The notes under the pieces: generated by a model
Database searches by the model: none
Seen by the model: the letters and a program-made list of their open reading frames with translations, nothing else
What the model was told of the DNA's origin: nothing
Translations under genes and position numbers: made by a program
Virus record (IMG/VR): IMGVR_UViG_3300029171_000031
Location: 1-32,965 of that record
Length of the DNA stretch: 32,965 nucleotides
From: a virus
Taxonomy: Duplodnaviria > Caudoviricetes
Strand: one strand, 5' to 3'
Shown here: piece after piece, positions 17,866 to 26,884 of the stretch
Numbering within the stretch: position 1 is the first letter of the stretch
Layout: every line of letters begins with the position of its first letter

Positions 17866-19545
17866 TTAGTTACGGTTGATTCCGCTCAGCTGCCTGAACT
17901 CAGACACAGATTGTCCGAGTACAGGGTAGTCTCTATTAGTCGAGCCACCATGACCGCGACTAGCATCCTCTTGGATCGGGCTGTGCTCACGACCACCTCG
18001 GGTCAGTGTACGCACCCGCTGCCGAACGGACTCCATGCTGTCCGCATCCATGGCAGGCTCACGGAAGCCCTCCAACACAGCATCGATCTGCTCTGTGGAC
18101 TTGTATCCGGAGTTTTCCAGCATCTTCTTGATCTTAGCGGCCTGCGAATGGTTTGTCAGGCGATCTGCCGCGTACAAACGCAATCCGAGGTCCTTGTTCA
18201 ACAGTAGAGCGTTCTCCAGGCCCTCTGTCAGCTTCTGGACCCGCTCAGTCGAACGTCCGCGAGTCTCTAGGGACTCGGTCAACGAACAACTTCCGGTCTT
18301 CTTCTTGGCCTCTTCTACCTTGGCAGTCACCTCAGACGCCGAAGCGTAAGCAGTCACGTCACCAACCAGATCACGGATCAAATCCGCCTGAGACTCTCCT
18401 ACCAGCTGACGCTCCAAGTGGTACTTGTAGCCAGCCTCCTTGGCAGCCTCGGTCAGCTGGGTAATCACAGCCCCCAGCTCAGCAGACCGCTCTTCCAACT
18501 TCTGAACCCTAGAGCGCAACTGAGCGATCTCCGCGTTCTTCTCCTCTACCACCTCGTTCACATCGTCCGGAAGGACGTAGGGACGTAGAAGAGCCTTCAC
18601 ACCTTCGAGCGCAGCCTTGGCACCCGCTACCTCAGGATCCGCCAGCATCTCAGCCCGGATCTCAGCCTCGATAGCAGCCCGAGCCTTGCCCACCGCAGAG
18701 AGAACCTCCGCAGCAATCTCCTTGCGCATCGCCTCCATGTTCGGAGCATCAGGCGAGGCATCGGGCACACCTGGTGCAGCACTGACCGGAGGACCAACCA
18801 CTACGGGAGGCACGATCACCGAAGGCGTCTCGGTTCCGTAGGCCTTGGCAAGGAACTTCGCCGCTAGCGCGGCCTCTTCGGGAGATCCGGAAGCGACGCG
18901 AGGGCCCATGGACTCCTCAAGATCTTCCTTCTTCGGATCGCCGCTGACCTCGCCAATGCCCACATCCTCAGCCATCGTCTGTGCCTCCGCAGGAAACTCA
19001 ACGCCCTCGTAGAAGACCTCCGGGTAGGCCGTGTCATCCGCAGGCTCAGCCACGAAATCGAAGGTCACCAGGCGGTAGTCCTCCTGAACCACCTCGTTGC
19101 CACTGCCATCCGGCTTCGTAGACCCGAAGCCCCGAGAGCTGACACCCACGGGCACACCGGAAGCCAGGATAGCCTTCAGGTCACGCCCGAGCGTGGTGTC
19201 CAGGATCTCGCACTCCCCAATCACACGATCCCCCTCTAGACGAAGGTCCGTGATGACGTGGGAGGCCCGCTGCAAAGCCGTCCGGCCCGACTCGGGGTGG
19301 TCTAGCTCCCCCAGAACCTTCTTCCGAGCGAGATTGCCCTGAAGACGTGCGATGTTGGACTCCCAGATCTCATGCTTGTACCAACGTCCGTTGGCCGTTG
19401 GCTTACCCGCATGACCGAACTCACCACGCGCGAACACTCGGCCCGGAGCCGCTTCCTTGTTCTCGATCAGAGTCAGCTTCGCATCGTGAAGCTGCTCATC
19501 AATCAGCGTGTTGGTAGGCTTCTTCGGGGCTTCCAGAATAGGCAT
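17866..19545 (-). CDS. Prohead protease (T4 gp21-like) fused to a scaffold-like coiled-coil region
   Basis: NGRWY, GELDHP (His), GVSSRG.GS (Ser), TFDFVAEP; C-terminal about 370 aa Pro-rich linker and coiled coil. Confidence 0.92.
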   Translation of the reverse strand: MPILEAPKKPTNTLIDEQLHDAKLTLIENKEAAPGRVFARGEFGHAGKPTANGRWYKHEIWESNIARLQGNLARKKVLGELDHPESGRTALQRASHVITDLRLEGDRVIGECEILDTTLGRDLKAILASGVPVGVSSRGFGSTKPDGSGNEVVQEDYRLVTFDFVAEPADDTAYPEVFYEGVEFPAEAQTMAEDVGIGEVSGDPKKEDLEESMGPRVASGSPEEAALAAKFLAKAYGTETPSVIVPPVVVGPPVSAAPGVPDASPDAPNMEAMRKEIAAEVLSAVGKARAAIEAEIRAEMLADPEVAGAKAALEGVKALLRPYVLPDDVNEVVEEKNAEIAQLRSRVQKLEERSAELGAVITQLTEAAKEAGYKYHLERQLVGESQADLIRDLVGDVTAYASASEVTAKVEEAKKKTGSCSLTESLETRGRSTERVQKLTEGLENALLLNKDLGLRLYAADRLTNHSQAAKIKKMLENSGYKSTEQIDAVLEGFREPAMDADSMESVRQRVRTLTRGGREHSPIQEDASRGHGGSTNRDYPVLGQSVSEFRQLSGINRN

Positions 19546-19787
19546 CAGTGCTGCCTCCAGCGAAAGTTGGACTTGAAGGGGGTGAAAGCAATCGAAGAGC
19601 CGATACCGCCCAGCTTCGGGCGATCGAACGCAGGAGAGCCAGCACCCACCTTACGGGTCTTGCGTCTCACTGGGCTTTTCTCGGCTCCAATCACTTCTTT
19701 CCTTCCAGAGGAGTACGACGTACGTCGGTTTCGCCATGAGCCCTTGTCATTAGGGCTCTTCGGGGCGACCGACTTCAGGCGTTTCCC
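19545..19787 (-). CDS. -1 frameshift extension (78 aa, basic) of the acidic head-module protein
   Basis: Frame has no ATG, opens exactly at G GGA AAC (in-frame TGA immediately before) and ends in a TGATG overlap with the protease start. Confidence 0.75.
   Translation of the reverse strand, partial: GKRLKSVAPKSPNDKGSWRNRRTSYSSGRKEVIGAEKSPVRRKTRKVGAGSPAFDRPKLGGIGSSIAFTPFKSNFRWRQH
19724..19787 (-). promoter_or_regulatory. -1 frameshift signal: G GGA AAC, 7-nt spacer, three-stem hairpin
   Basis: Heptamer 19781..19787; hairpin GTCGGT/ACCGAC, CGCC/GGCG, GAGCCCT/AGGGCTC at 19724..19773. Confidence 0.8.
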
Positions 19788-20614
19788 TCAGCGAGCTTCA
19801 TGTAGATCTCTAGACCGCTCATCAACGTGTCGATAGCCTCCTTGAAGGTCGTACCAACCTCATCGAAATCGATGGTGTCCTCGTCCTCGGTCTCCAGGAA
19901 CTGAGACACCCCAGCCGTAAACTCGCTCATCGCGGCGAAGTTCTCGGCCATCTCCTTGTACGCCTTGCCGGACTGCCGACCGAAGAAGGCCGAGAGGCCC
20001 TGAGCGGTCTCCGCAATCCCAGCGAACGCCGGGCTGATACCTGCGGAGGTCTTGGTCGAGTCCTCAGTGAGCGACTCCACGATGGACTCGATCTGGGCTA
20101 CCGACTGCTGAAGAGCGGACTCCTCGTAGTCGTCGTCCTCGTCGTCGTCCTCGTCGTCGTCCTCGTCGTCATCCTCCGAGTCATCCTCGTCGTCGTCCTC
20201 ATCATCGTCCTCGTCGTCCCCCTCTTCGAGGTCCGCCGCCATCTCGACGGTCTCGCCGAGCTTTTCGAGACGACTCATCTCGTCCTCATCGAGGTCGAGA
20301 TCCCCCGACCCGATGGACTCCCAGTCCCGATCGAAGGCCTCGGAGAACGCGCGCTCTTCCGCCAGAGACTCTGCGTAATCCAAAGAAGAGTCCTTCCGGG
20401 CAGGAGCCTGCGGATTCAGGTTGTCCCCGCCAACCTTGTACTTCCCCGTCATGTCCTTGGGGGACCCAGGCTTGCGGGTGTGCGAACCAGGTTCGCCGCT
20501 TCCGACAGGGCCACCCGGAGAGGTGGGAAGAGACTCCGTCTTCGCAAGAAGACCGATGTTCTCGAAGTCTTCCTGAAGAGTGGTGAGCACGATGCGGTGG
20601 TGACCTAGAGCCAT
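19775..20614 (-). CDS. Highly acidic head-core / scaffold-like protein
   Basis: AGGAGG RBS; poly-(EDDD) tract; between portal and protease like T4 prohead core genes. Confidence 0.75.
   Translation of the reverse strand: MALGHHRIVLTTLQEDFENIGLLAKTESLPTSPGGPVGSGEPGSHTRKPGSPKDMTGKYKVGGDNLNPQAPARKDSSLDYAESLAEERAFSEAFDRDWESIGSGDLDLDEDEMSRLEKLGETVEMAADLEEGDDEDDDEDDDEDDSEDDDEDDDEDDDEDDDYEESALQQSVAQIESIVESLTEDSTKTSAGISPAFAGIAETAQGLSAFFGRQSGKAYKEMAENFAAMSEFTAGVSQFLETEDEDTIDFDEVGTTFKEAIDTLMSGLEIYMKLAEGNA
20129..20219 (-). repeat. Imperfect 12-bp coding tandem repeat (GAGGACGACGAC, EDDD)
   Basis: Directly visible; encodes about 30 consecutive D/E residues with one Ser. Confidence 0.85.
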
Positions 20615-20673
20615 TGGTTCCTCCTAGTAGCCAGTAGCCAGGCTAGTGGCCTGAGCATGAGTGGTGTAAGACT

Positions 20674-21585
20674 TCATTGCGAGATCGACTCGTTCAGCTG
20701 ACCTGCAACGGCCACAACAAATCGGCTAGCGATGTCGTAATCGTAGACCGATTCTGCAAGAACGTCACGAAGTTTGCCAAGAGCACGTACCCCCTCCAGC
20801 GTTGGAAGGGTACGTTCGATAGCGTTGAGCAGCTCTTTTAGGTCCTGAAATAGGCTAGTTGAGAAGGTCTCAAACACCGCTACAACTGGACTTGAGCCCT
20901 TGGTGGTTTCCACCACCTCGCGCACAGAAGTGTACGCGGATACCGCAGACTCAGTGATGCCTCGCAGACGGGATAGAACTGCGGACACGTCTTCACGAAC
21001 CACCTGAGCGTATCCTCGACACTGAGCCTCTGACAGAGTGCCCGAGTAGAGGTGCGCGTACTTGGGCGCACTCCGAGTGGCCTCCCATTCGACACCCTCT
21101 CCCAGGAACTTCGATAGGGCGCCACCCTGGTTCGGGAGGGTCTTCCAGGTACCGCTGTGAATCCGACTCTGCACAGCCTCAACCAACTTGAGCTGGTCAC
21201 GGAGTTTGTCAGCAGTCACCAGAGGAACCAAGGAAGCGAGGGCCTTTGATACGGAGGCCCCCTCTAGGAACTGTGTTGCGACCTCATCGGCACAGCGCTC
21301 GATGTACTGGGTCGGACTCAGAGCCTCAACCTCAAGAACGTCTGCGGACACCACTCGGATGTCGCCCGCGTCGGACTCCAGGAAATCCGCTCGATGGCAG
21401 AGACCCGTAGCCATGACTACGCAGTGGGTTGGGTGCGTAGCAACCACTTGAATCGAGGTACCCAGGGTACTCCGGAAGTAGCTCTCAACGGCCTCATGGA
21501 TCTTCTTCATGCGTGACTCGTAGGAGCCGGTCTGAAGTCGGATCTGCTCAGTCAGCGGAATGAGTTTTTTGACTGCCGTTGCCAT
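20674..21585 (-). CDS. Hypothetical head-module protein, 303 aa
   Basis: Long ORF between portal and core gene; several L-x-E motifs. Confidence 0.75.
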   Translation of the reverse strand: MATAVKKLIPLTEQIRLQTGSYESRMKKIHEAVESYFRSTLGTSIQVVATHPTHCVVMATGLCHRADFLESDAGDIRVVSADVLEVEALSPTQYIERCADEVATQFLEGASVSKALASLVPLVTADKLRDQLKLVEAVQSRIHSGTWKTLPNQGGALSKFLGEGVEWEATRSAPKYAHLYSGTLSEAQCRGYAQVVREDVSAVLSRLRGITESAVSAYTSVREVVETTKGSSPVVAVFETFSTSLFQDLKELLNAIERTLPTLEGVRALGKLRDVLAESVYDYDIASRFVVAVAGQLNESISQ

Positions 21586-21593
21586 TCGAAGGA

Positions 21594-21622
21594 ACCCTAT
21601 AGGGAGGTTAGATCAGTGTCAA
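21594..21622 (-). promoter_or_regulatory. Sigma70-type promoter TTGACA-17-TAGGGT
   Basis: Perfect -35, 17-bp spacer, -10 ends 8 nt before the ATG at 21585; no SD. Confidence 0.6.
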
Positions 21623-21626
21623 GTCA

Positions 21627-23438
21627 TCAACGATGACGACTGCTGGCTCTTTGAGCGTGGAGCACGTCTTGAAGAAGACCACCCACCTCACGTAGACGCT
21701 GGCTGTTCTGACCCTCCATCTTGAGGATCTGCTCCAGCTTCGCCTCAGCCCGCTTCTCTGACTCCCGGTTCCCTCGAAGCAGCTCTTCCTCTGTAATACG
21801 TGTTCGTACCGGACCAGCGGCTTGACGTAGACGGCGTTCCAGCAGCTTCAATCCAGAGGCCATCCCTGCGGAACTCTCTGCGGCCCCTGCGGAGGCAGGT
21901 GGTTCAAACTCGCGAGTGACTTCTGCCGCTGCTCGGGCGCTCATCTTCTCGACCGCTGCCTGAGCCATACCTTCGCGCTCCACGTCCGCAGCACGTTCCT
22001 TGAGTATCAGCTCAATGTCCGTGTCTGTGATCTGGTACACGTTGTTCAACACCCAGCGCAGAGACACGTGCTCCCGCATGCGCGTTGCCAAATCGGCCCG
22101 AGCGTTCCTGACCTCCAGCTGCGCCAGCTCGAAGATGGCGCTAGGCACAGTCATGTGGATGTCGTACTCGACGGCGTACGGGTCGATATTCAGAGCTGCG
22201 AGGTGTGTTCGCGCGATCTTACCTAGGCCGTTTCGCACCTCCCGCTGGACTCGCAACACGCTCCGAGCGAAGCGAACATCCTCACTAGACAAGACGGCTC
22301 GGGATGAGGACTCATCCTGAGCTAGGTACGCCTTGGGGACCTTGAGCCCCGCGAACATCTTGTTCTGAAAGTAGGCCACATCGTCCATGTGCTGCCAGGA
22401 CGGGCCACCGAGGGTCTCGATGCGTGTGCTGTCAGTACCCTTTCGACTGGGCACCCAGAAATCGTCATCAGGACTCAGGGTTTCGTACTTGAGATCGAGT
22501 TTCCCAGTCGCAGGGTTCACGAAGCGCTTCTTCTTGTGCTGCTGGCGCATCTTGTTCATGAACCCGAGCGCTTCAGCCGGGGGCATGTCGCCCACATCCA
22601 CGTAGAAGGCGAACCGCTCAGGGGCGCGCTGGAGACGGTAGATCATGGCCGCGTCCTCCAACAGGAGGAGCCGCTTCCAGATCCATCGCACAGGCTCCAA
22701 GACGCTGTATCCATAGACACTGCGACGGTGCTTCCCGCGCAGGCGGAAGTGCGCCACTTCCCAGGGCTCTAAGGCGGAGACGTGCTGAAGCAGGTTCCCG
22801 CCCGAGTTTGTGGTTCCCCCGGGCTGGTTGACCCCTCGAATAGCGTCGGTGCGCTGAGCCAGGATCTTCTGGAACTCCTGCGGGCTGTATCCGAAGCGCC
22901 CCTTGAAGTCCTGCACAAACCCATACAGCTCGCCCCTCGGGCCCTCGACTCGCCGGATGGTGGGTGCCGGCAGGAAGTTCAGACCAACGACTCCGTTCTC
23001 GTTGACCAGCATCTCCTCGAAGTTGTTCCCGTACTTCACAAGGGACCGAGTGATCTCCCAGATCTCCTCGTCCATACGCAACCGCTTGTGGAATAGGTCG
23101 TCAAGGATCCCCTGGAGAGTCTTGTCAGGACTCGTCACCCACACCGTCCTACCGATCTGGGTGTCGGGCTGGGAGGCGTCGTCTGCGTAGATGTCCACTG
23201 CCGCCGAAATCTCGGGGTAGTCGTCCATCTCTTCGTAGTCCACGTACCGACTGATGAGGTCGTGCTCCAGACGCAGGTAATCCGACAGAGCATCATAGCC
23301 ATAGGCCTGAAGGAGGTCGTACCCAGAGTCCGGGTAGGTGGGTGCTGTAGAGCCCTTGGCGAGCAAGGCAGCTCCGCGCTCCTTGTCCACCACGAAGGAC
23401 TGGCGCAGCCGATCAACTACGTTCTGAATAGCTCCCAC
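21627..23438 (-). CDS. Portal protein (T4 gp20-like)
   Basis: YEEMDDYPEISAAVDIYADD, WKRLLLLEDAAMIYRLQRAPER.AFYVDVG, DDFWVPSR, IETLGG, DDV.YF..K...LKVP. Confidence 0.95.
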   Translation of the reverse strand: MGAIQNVVDRLRQSFVVDKERGAALLAKGSTAPTYPDSGYDLLQAYGYDALSDYLRLEHDLISRYVDYEEMDDYPEISAAVDIYADDASQPDTQIGRTVWVTSPDKTLQGILDDLFHKRLRMDEEIWEITRSLVKYGNNFEEMLVNENGVVGLNFLPAPTIRRVEGPRGELYGFVQDFKGRFGYSPQEFQKILAQRTDAIRGVNQPGGTTNSGGNLLQHVSALEPWEVAHFRLRGKHRRSVYGYSVLEPVRWIWKRLLLLEDAAMIYRLQRAPERFAFYVDVGDMPPAEALGFMNKMRQQHKKKRFVNPATGKLDLKYETLSPDDDFWVPSRKGTDSTRIETLGGPSWQHMDDVAYFQNKMFAGLKVPKAYLAQDESSSRAVLSSEDVRFARSVLRVQREVRNGLGKIARTHLAALNIDPYAVEYDIHMTVPSAIFELAQLEVRNARADLATRMREHVSLRWVLNNVYQITDTDIELILKERAADVEREGMAQAAVEKMSARAAAEVTREFEPPASAGAAESSAGMASGLKLLERRLRQAAGPVRTRITEEELLRGNRESEKRAEAKLEQILKMEGQNSQRLREVGGLLQDVLHAQRASSRHR

Positions 23439-23441
23439 GTA

Positions 23442-23801
23442 TCAGCCTCTCATCCGTAGTTGCTCGATGAACGCTGAGCAGAACTGCTCAGAATCCGGCA
23501 GGTTGTCCACCAGGCGCTCCCGAAGCGCGTCCGCGCAGGCCTGGGTGGCGAAGTCCACCGCACGAAGCCCGTTTCGATCTAACTCGTCTGCCAGAGCCGT
23601 AGCAGCAATCGTACCCAGCCCACGATAGACCAGGTCCAAGGAGGTCAATGAAATGACCTTGTCCGCCAGCTCACGATCTAGCGTGGAGGTACGAGTCAAG
23701 ATCGCAGCGGTACCCCCAGGAGCAACCTGGCCGCCCCCGCCGAATACCTCTTCGAGTTTTCGCAGTACCTGACTCATTCTCGTATCCCTATCACGAAACA
23801 C
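23442..23801 (-). CDS. Hypothetical protein between terminase and portal
   Basis: Fills the gap; alternative start ATG at 23777 with AGGGA upstream. Confidence 0.65.
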   Translation of the reverse strand: MFRDRDTRMSQVLRKLEEVFGGGGQVAPGGTAAILTRTSTLDRELADKVISLTSLDLVYRGLGTIAATALADELDRNGLRAVDFATQACADALRERLVDNLPDSEQFCSAFIEQLRMRG

Positions 23802-23813
23802 TCGAACTATACA

Positions 23814-25847
23814 CTACCAGTCGCCACCTGACCCCCAGTCCCCCGACAAGAACGGTGGAAGGATGGTCCCGGGGTGCTGCGGCGCTGCGGTCTCCTCCGA
23901 AGAGTACTTCCGAGCCAGGGAGGCTTGTTGGTGCTCCGCCATCCAGGTGTCGGCGGAGTAGGGGGAGCTGCGAAGAATCGGCAGAGGCACGTGGGAAGTG
24001 TTCTCCGTCAGCGTGTACACGCACCCGGCCAGTGCGTCCGCTACGTCCTTACTGCCTGCTACGGGGTGGTCTACTTTGCCCTTTACTCGGTCATGCTCTA
24101 GGGACTTCAGCTCACGTAGGAGAGGCTCGTACTCGTAGTAGTGAATGCGGTTCTCGTACAGAGCCGTCTTCAGCAGATCGTACGGAGCCATGGTTCGGTC
24201 CACCGAGAGCTGCACACCGTTGAACCCGCGCTGAGTGAGTTTTTGGATCGCGTCGGCCGAGTTCCACGAGTCCAGAGACACGCACGTGATCATGTAGCCA
24301 CGGCGGCTCAGCTGGTACACCAGCTTACGCACGTCACCCAGTATGATCTCGTCTCCGATCGGCGGGAGGATCTGGAGCATCAGGTCCACGACGATGATGG
24401 GCGCTCGCTCGGGGTATCTGCCCTGCTCGTCGTCCCGGCGAATCACGTCCTTGTACCCGGCGACATGCGCCATGCAGAAGCCCGTGGCGTCACCTCGAAG
24501 TGAGGGGTCGATGTGGATGTGCCTGGGTATCTGAGGGTTCAGAAGAGGGCGTTCCAGCACCTCTGGCATCCCGGGGGCCATGTTCGGACCAACCAGCTTC
24601 GACCAGTAAAACTCCAGGGGCTGGGAGGTGTCCCAAGAGACGGTGTTGACCGGGTGTACACGAGTCGGATCGACGGCCTCGTAGATCTTGTCTCGCCGTT
24701 GGATGTACGGAGACACGGCCACGGTAGCCACACCCGCGAGGTCACGAACCGCACCCTCCAGGTTGGACTCGAAGTCCGCTCGGAAGTCCTTGGGCACCCT
24801 CAACAAGACACAGCCGTCAGCAAGCACCTCTTGCAGCGCTGTAGGGTCTTCGTTGTCTCGTACGATGCGAGAGGGTGACTGGTCGTTACCTACCACCACG
24901 TGGAACCACTCATCGGTGTAGTAGTCCTCGGGCTTCACGTCCCAGAGAGCGTAGTCACGTACGAAGATCGTCGGGTCAGACTTGGCAGCGTTGATTCGCT
25001 TGGCTGTGAAGTCGTCAGCTGTCTGCTTAGAAGACACCACGAATAGGATGCCTGGCAACTTCCCCTTGCGACCGAAGCGAGACTTCATACGACGCTGCAT
25101 AGCGTTGTAGAGATTTTCAGCCCGGTCCTCCAAGGCGAATCGGGGGTCCGCATTCTTCCTCGACTTGGGCATGAAGTTGGTCTCGTCCAAGAGACCACCG
25201 ATCACGTTCAAACCAAGAACAGAACCATCATTCGTGGCTCGCGCAGCCACCCAAACCTTCTTGGGGAATCGTAGTTCCTTCTTGGTCTTCTCGAAAGGGA
25301 AGTGCTCCTGGAAGTACGGAGAGGCTTCGATCTTCGTCGCAATGTTCTCGTAGGCAACCTTGGTGGCTAGCACCTCGTTCACGGAGAGACAGACTACGGA
25401 GATGTTGGAGTTTGCAGCAATACCAAAGGACCGGTGAGGATCCTTCATGCAGCTGATCTCATACAACAGCCGGCACACACCGATAGAGGCCGCGAACGTC
25501 TTACCCCAACCGATACTGCCGCTGAAGATCGCTTCTCGGTAGTCCCCCTCGAACAGGGTCACGAGGTCGTCCAGCAGTCGGGGGTATAGGTTGTCGCAAG
25601 TGTTCCCTAGGTAGTAGGGGTCCATCACGAACGTGCGCATGTCTACTGGAGGGCGTTCCCAATCCAGGTCTCGCATGTGCCGAAGCAGAGCAGCTCCACC
25701 CTCCTCATCATTGAGTCCATTCAGGATCTCTTCGAGCACCTCGCGTTCGGCAGGGTTGAGGTTCTCTAGGTCTAGCTGGAGGAGTTTTCGGTGCTCTTCC
25801 GGAGTCAGTACTGATCGGCTATGCCCCTCTTTCCACTCGATGGTCAT
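23814..25847 (-). CDS. terL: Terminase large subunit
   Basis: Walker A GSIGWGKT, Walker B GLLDE, RNase H-like HIDPS..DATG, DSWNS, DHP..GSKDVADA. Confidence 0.93.
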   Translation of the reverse strand: MTIEWKEGHSRSVLTPEEHRKLLQLDLENLNPAEREVLEEILNGLNDEEGGAALLRHMRDLDWERPPVDMRTFVMDPYYLGNTCDNLYPRLLDDLVTLFEGDYREAIFSGSIGWGKTFAASIGVCRLLYEISCMKDPHRSFGIAANSNISVVCLSVNEVLATKVAYENIATKIEASPYFQEHFPFEKTKKELRFPKKVWVAARATNDGSVLGLNVIGGLLDETNFMPKSRKNADPRFALEDRAENLYNAMQRRMKSRFGRKGKLPGILFVVSSKQTADDFTAKRINAAKSDPTIFVRDYALWDVKPEDYYTDEWFHVVVGNDQSPSRIVRDNEDPTALQEVLADGCVLLRVPKDFRADFESNLEGAVRDLAGVATVAVSPYIQRRDKIYEAVDPTRVHPVNTVSWDTSQPLEFYWSKLVGPNMAPGMPEVLERPLLNPQIPRHIHIDPSLRGDATGFCMAHVAGYKDVIRRDDEQGRYPERAPIIVVDLMLQILPPIGDEIILGDVRKLVYQLSRRGYMITCVSLDSWNSADAIQKLTQRGFNGVQLSVDRTMAPYDLLKTALYENRIHYYEYEPLLRELKSLEHDRVKGKVDHPVAGSKDVADALAGCVYTLTENTSHVPLPILRSSPYSADTWMAEHQQASLARKYSSEETAAPQHPGTILPPFLSGDWGSGGDW

Positions 25848-26518
25848 CAGGCTTCCTTAGCCCCCTCGACAGCGGAGAGGCGTAGGAAGCGCTCCACCAC
25901 ACCCTGCACCTTGCGTCGGGATTCGGGGTCCGAGAGCACCTTCTTGACGGCCGGAGACCCGAACTGGTCTGCGAGCCCGTCTGTGGTGGCAGTCATCGTG
26001 GCTTCGACCTCGACACTCACGTCATGCGAGTGCTTCTGAGCGACCCGGTCCATGAGGCCTAGGTCCATCTTCAGCTTCGCGAGGGATTCGAGGAGCTGCC
26101 GGGCTTCCTTCATCTCAGAGGTCATGGATGGTAGGAGTTTTCCGATGTTCTTCTCCGTCGTGAAGTCGGTGGTGATGCGGTGCATCTGGATCCGATACAG
26201 CTCCTCCAGCTCGCGGACCTCGTTGATGCCACTGATGAAGGTCTCCTTGGCAGCCTGGAACTCCTCTGGGAATCGCTTGGCTACCAGGTCCCCGGCAGGG
26301 ATCTCCTTGCGGAAGGCCTTCAGCACCTCTACTAGGCCCTTGTGCGGGATCTCCTTGTACTCCCCCCGCTCTTCCTGAATGAAGCGTGCCAGCTCCGTGA
26401 GGCCCCACCCAGCCGTTAGCCGGTCATACACCTCTTGGTAGCACTGCAAATGCCGCAACTTCTTGAAACGGTTCGGGCGCCCGTGCGTGGGTGTTACTGG
26501 GGTACGAGGATTGACCAT
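25847..26518 (-). CDS. Putative terminase small subunit
   Basis: HTH-like N-terminus plus coiled coil; TGATG-coupled to terL. Confidence 0.55.
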   Translation of the reverse strand: MVNPRTPVTPTHGRPNRFKKLRHLQCYQEVYDRLTAGWGLTELARFIQEERGEYKEIPHKGLVEVLKAFRKEIPAGDLVAKRFPEEFQAAKETFISGINEVRELEELYRIQMHRITTDFTTEKNIGKLLPSMTSEMKEARQLLESLAKLKMDLGLMDRVAQKHSHDVSVEVEATMTATTDGLADQFGSPAVKKVLSDPESRRKVQGVVERFLRLSAVEGAKEA

Positions 26519-26526
26519 ACCCAGCT

Positions 26527-26535
26527 AACCTACCA
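26527..26535 (-). promoter_or_regulatory. Extended -10 promoter TGG-TAGGTT, probably leaderless
   Basis: 8 nt before the ATG at 26518, after a terminator, no SD. Confidence 0.45.
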
Positions 26536-26571
26536 CAAAACTTCTGTACGCGGCACGCACCCTGAAACGAC

Positions 26572-26598
26572 AAAAGCCCGAGGTAGCGTCCTCGGGCT
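26572..26598 (-). terminator. Rho-independent terminator
   Basis: AGCCCGAGG-ACGCTA-CCTCGGGCT followed by TTT. Confidence 0.75.
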
Positions 26599-26605
26599 GG
26601 TCTCC

Positions 26606-26884
26606 TTAGAAGGTTGTGGGGCGGTTAGGGTCTCTACGTCTGAGGCGTCTCCAGACTGGTACCCACATCGACAGCGCACTACCTAGCCGTAAACACACGA
26701 CCCCCAAAACCACGGTGACGATCAGCAACAGGGGTGCCGGCCAGAACAGTAGAAGCGTAGGCCAAGAAATCCTAGCCCTGAGGGCGCGAGGGAGATCATC
26801 ATCCCAGGCTAGGGGGCTGAGGCACACGGCCGTCATCCCGCAACCGAAGACGTAGAGCGAAAACCAGCCGGTGAGGTCCATCAT
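26606..26884 (-). CDS. Small membrane protein, about 92 aa
   Basis: Start MMDLTGW in an ATGA overlap; two hydrophobic segments and a basic C-terminus. Confidence 0.55.
   Translation of the reverse strand: MMDLTGWFSLYVFGCGMTAVCLSPLAWDDDLPRALRARISWPTLLLFWPAPLLLIVTVVLGVVCLRLGSALSMWVPVWRRLRRRDPNRPTTF

Noticed and set aside
16147-18207. 686-aa plus-strand ORF antisense to the capsid gene
   Set aside because: Shadow frame expected from strong GC-biased codon usage; R/H/V-rich composition, no motifs, no evident RBS
19738-19758. GCCCT/AGGGC stems here and at 29818..29836 resembling lambda boxB
   Set aside because: Loops do not match the boxB GNRA-like pentaloop, no boxA is evident, and five-bp GC stems are common by chance
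19372-19836. Plus-strand ORFs covering the gap before the protease gene
   Set aside because: The gap is better explained by the minus-strand -1 frame with slippery site, hairpin and TGATG coupling
20129-20219. Tandem repeat considered as a CRISPR array or origin iterons
   Set aside because: No spacers; it is an in-frame coding repeat for a D/E tract
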